From: Tubiluchus corallicola
Taxonomy: Eukaryota; Animalia; Priapulida
Assembly: GCA_030141605.1 (NCBI GenBank)
Contig: JAQGDQ010001436.1
Location: 1-41,208 of the forward strand
Direction of reading: 5' to 3'
DNA length: 41,208 bases
The position numbers and the translations under genes are program-made. Numbering within the stretch: position 1 is the first letter of the stretch; each line of letters begins with the position of its first letter. Below are positions 40,176-41,208 of this stretch, one piece after another. The notes under the pieces are model-generated. The model was not told the DNA's origin. It worked only from the letters and a program-made list of their open reading frames with translations, and searched no databases.

Positions 40176-41208
40176 CATTATTATTATTAACATTATTTTT
40201 ATTATTTTTAATATTATTAGCATTATTTTATTATTATTGTCGTCATCATTATCATCTTTATTTTATTGTTACTTATTTCAGTATGGTTTTTGCATAATTT
40301 TAAATTAAAAGTGGTTTTCATTTATTATTTTCTTGTACAAAAAAGAAATATAATTTAATGTAGCAACAGAAGCAGGAATTTCGAATTCATCAAGTGGCAT
40401 TAACTATTTCTTTTTACTTTATTCTATTTATTCAGTTTTTATGTTGTAAGTGTCAAATTTTTTAATGTTTTTCAATAGTAATACATGTTTTCCCATTGTA
40501 TACAAGTAGTTATAAAAACAGATACTTTTTATAACGGGAAATGCATAAATAATTTCTGTGTGAATGAAAACAAATATATATATATATAATTGGCACAAGA
40601 GCACTGAAAAATGTACTCAAACTAGAAATAGTCGAGTGAAAAATGCACAATTAAAACAATAAAATATACAATTAATTTATGTTATTATATGAACCATAAC
40701 TGAAGCATATAAACGGAAGGCAGGTCAAAGCATATTGGCCGTTTATTCTTATAAATTAATGTTTAAACGTGAAAATATGAGACGTTTACAATTAGGCCTG
40801 TGTCTTCCATCCACTTACTAGTTCTCAGTAATTGTAAGTTGTGTTTCTATTATAAACGATTTTACTTTAACCATAATAATTCATATCTTTACTTCAATCT
40901 TATATATATATATAAGTTTTCGTATAAGTCTATACGAAAACTGAAAAACAGCTCACCAACATTTTAAATAAATATATATATATATATATATATAACAGCG
41001 ATTATTATTATTTGTTTTATATCTATGTCTAAATACTTCACAACAATTGTTTATTAAACAGTTAAGACCCACTCAGGGATAACAAAGCAGATAATAGTCT
41101 TTCTCATCACTGAAGCACAAATAATATAATAAATTATTTCTTATACCAAGTGTATTTTGTCAACTATGCCAGCCTAATAAAGTTTCATTATTAAGAGATT
41201 TAGTTTAC

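Overview
AT-rich eukaryotic DNA, probably from an invertebrate animal: many microsatellites, no operons, and no ORF of gene size. The whole window is one giant palindrome. The left arm (1..~18542) and right arm (~22600..41208) are reverse complements around a unique ~4.06-kb spacer; base 1 pairs with base 41208, so the arms may extend beyond the window. The arms are near-identical in the outer ~12 kb and carry clustered substitutions and indels mainly in the inner ~6 kb, many of them CpG transitions. I recognise no host protein-coding gene. Each arm holds TE relics (a piggyBac-type MITE, a hAT-type MITE, a LINE 3' end), tandem repeats, and several GC-richer islands dense in transcription-factor motifs, including a TATA-box promoter candidate pointing towards the centre. 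The spacer contains a small nested inverted repeat, a motif-rich island at the symmetry axis, and a LINE 3' fragment cut exactly at the arm boundary with microhomology. An assembly artefact, especially two haplotypes joined head-to-head, cannot be excluded from sequence alone.
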